DNA of 63,456 nucleotides, the filler included, from Reclinomonas americana ATCC 50394 (lineage: Eukaryota), in NCBI GenBank assembly GCA_048213135.1. It is 6 parts of 2 records of this genome, joined end to end, with 100 filler letters (N's around TTAATTAATTAA, not from the genome) between each part and the next. Parts side by side here need not be neighbours in the genome. Positions count along the whole stretch, not along the records: positions 58,255 to 63,456 come from PS015067.1; 5 more parts are not named here. One strand, written 5' to 3'. A model generated the notes under the pieces. That model made no database searches, was not told where the DNA came from, and worked only from the letters and a program-made list of their open reading frames with translations. Both the position numbers and the translations under genes were made by a program. Of this stretch, positions 61,285-63,456 are shown piece after piece (positions within the stretch are counted from its first letter, which is position 1; the number at the start of each line of letters is the position of its first letter).

Positions 61285-62147
61285 ATGGTGAACGCGTTTA
61301 TGATGTTGCGTTTGTGTTGTGTTGGAGGAGGAAGAGAGGAAGAGAGCGTGATGCATGCACGCGCGTGTGCGCTTGTGTTTGTGTGTTGGAAATTGCGCGC
61401 TGTTTGTGTTTGAAACTCACACACACACTCTCTCTGCTCTTGCTCGTGCGCGCAGTGTGACCACCATTGTGGGAGTGAGTGGCTTCTTGCTGTCTCTGCG
61501 TGCGTGTGTGTGTGTGCACTCAACTCACACTCACACACGCGCATGTGCAACGTTAGGTCATTCTGATCCTGCTGGTGTCGGTCTACTTCCTCGTCTTCTT
61601 CAGCGCCGATGAGGACAAGAACATGGCGTGGTTACCAAAGGGCATTGTCGTTGCGTGCAATCACACTGAGAGAGAAAGAGATGGGGAAGAGAGAATTGAG
61701 AGGAGCACGCAATCACTTGTGTCGTTCTCTCTGCTCGTGTGTGCGTTGTGCAGAGTGTGTGTGTGTGTGCATGTGAGAGAGAATGTATATATATGCTCTC
61801 TTGATTGTCGCCTTCGCGTCAATGTGACACATTCTATTTATTTCGTCTGTGAGCTCGTGAACTGGCGCGCGCGCATCAGTTGCCAGAGTGTGTGTGTGTG
61901 TGTGTGCGTGCGTGTGTGTGTGTGTGTGTGTGCTTGTTCGTGTGTGTGTGAGTGTATGCACTCGCGTGTTGTGTTGTGTGGTAGTCGCATCAGTTGCCCT
62001 CTCTCTGTCATCTCACTCTCCCATCTTCTTCTCCCACAGATCATAGGATTGTCATTCGCCGCTTTCCTCGTCCTGGTGTTGCCACTCGATGTGGCCAATC
62101 GGTCCGTAAACGGCGGCTATAATATGCCGGCCTTGTGGCAGTTCTTG
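61285..62147 (+). CDS. LMBR1-like (LIMR family) membrane protein, 5' exons
   Basis: MVNAFMI|VTTIVG|VILILLVSVYFLVFFSADEDKNMAWLPKGIV|IIGLSFAAFLVLVLPLDVANR...LWQFL. Confidence 0.88.
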
Positions 62148-62806
62148 GTGAGCATTGCTTCTCAAACATCCCCTCCCCTTTCCCCTCACTCACTCGTTGT
62201 GCGNNNNNNNNNNNNNNNNNNNNNNNNNNNNNNNNNNNNNNNNNNNNNNNNNNNNNNNNNNNNNNNNNNNNNNNNNNNNNNNNNNNNNNNNNNNNNNNNN
62301 NNNNNNNNNNNNNNNNNNNNNNNNNNNNNNNNNNNNNNNNNNNNNNNNNNNNNNNNNNNNNNNNNNNNNNNNNNNNNNNNNNNNNNNNNNNNNNNNNNNN
62401 NNNNNNNNNNNNNNNNNNNNNNNNNNNNNNNNNNNNNNNNNNNNNNNNNNNNNNNNNNNNNNNNNNNNNNNNNNNNNNNNNNNNNNNNNNNNNNNNNNNN
62501 NNNNNNNNNNNNNNNNNNNNNNNNNNNNNNNNNNNNNNNNNNNNNNNNNNNNNNNNNNNNNNNNNNNNNNNNNNNNNNNNNNNNNNNNNNNNNNNNNNNN
62601 NNNNNNNNNNNNNNNNNNNNNNNNNNNNNNNNNNNNNNNNNNNNNNNNNNNNNNNNNNNNNNNNNNNNNNNNNNNNNNNNNNNNNNNNNNNNNNNNNNNN
62701 NNNNNNNNNNNNNNNNNNNNNNNNNNNNNNNNNNNNNNNNNNNNNNNNNNNNNNNNNNNNNNNNNNNNNNNNNNNNNNNNNNNNNNNNNNNNNNNNNNNN
62801 NNNNNG

Positions 62807-63451
62807 GGCATCTCGTCAATCTGCTTGGCCTTGGTCACCAGGTTGTCGACGCGGCCTTGGATCTCGCGCTCGATCTCGCGGCGCCTGCTCGCCACCACAC
62901 CTACCAGTCAGAACCGCGGCAAGGAGGAGGAGGAGCACGCAGATATAGCAACGCAACTCCTCGGCATTCGGGCGGCGCACACGGACACGGAAATCGTTCA
63001 GCAGGTCCATCGGCAGCGCCACCAAGCCGACACCGGCGAAAATGGTGAACAGAGCCCAGCCAATGAGGCAAATCAGACCAATGACGTACACCGGCACCGA
63101 CACCTGGATATCCGACGTCTGCGACACCGGTCCAGTGCCAGCCACTGGGGTGGCACCCTGGTCGTACATCGGCGAGGTGTACTGATCAAAGGGCACTTCG
63201 GCGCTTCCTATAGTCACGTACAGAATCGCACAGAGGACACCAAAGGCGATGGTGAAGATGAGGGCGTAGCATGTGGCTGTAAAGAACTGGTTGCAGCAGC
63301 TGGAGCGATGAACACAACAGTGAGTTGACGGTGCAGCCAAAATATGGAGAGAGAGGGAGTCTCTCACTCACCCCTTCTCGTCCTCATACGCCTCGTAGTA
63401 GAACATGGCAAACGGCACAATCACAATGACCATGATGACCGTGGCGAGGTA
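62807..63451 (-). CDS. LMBR1-like protein, next exons on an inverted contig
   Basis: YLATVIMVIVIVPFAMFYYEA...VYVIGLICLIGWALFTIFAGVGLVALPMDL is the expected continuation of the LIMR family sequence. Confidence 0.85.
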
Positions 63452-63456
63452 CTGTG

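Overview
Eukaryotic, GC-rich, intron-dense genomic DNA from an unidentified protist. The TagB/C-like subtilisin and discoidin-type H-lectin domains suggest an amoebozoan-like repertoire, but taxonomy cannot be fixed from sequence alone. The window is six scaffolds joined by N-flanked TTAATTAATTAA linkers (18552, 34208, 41988, 45044, 58199). Hand-splicing gives these genes: DCC1; RUS1/DUF647; a CABLES-like cyclin; a large Pro-rich/IQ/DH/PH/PH/RCC1/FYVE protein; an orphan gene; a secreted S8 protease with EGF, IPT and H-lectin modules; a WD40 gene; a dynamin-like (NUGGC/SLIP-GC-type) GTPase; a decayed RLE non-LTR retroelement; CCZ1; a four-copy tandem array of highly repetitive WD40 genes; a fungalysin-type propeptide gene; VIPAS39/SPE-39; a VOC/glyoxalase gene; and LMBR1-like. 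The main finding concerns splicing. About a quarter of the roughly 100 introns I could model (28 sites) use a 5' splice site GT-T-N-Y-G-N, mostly GTTGCGT. This is the ordinary donor shifted by one nucleotide and lacking G+5, and all 28 follow a non-G exon end. Two genes have their 3' parts on the opposite strand beyond an N gap, probably from mis-oriented scaffolding. All gene models are manual and lack transcript support.
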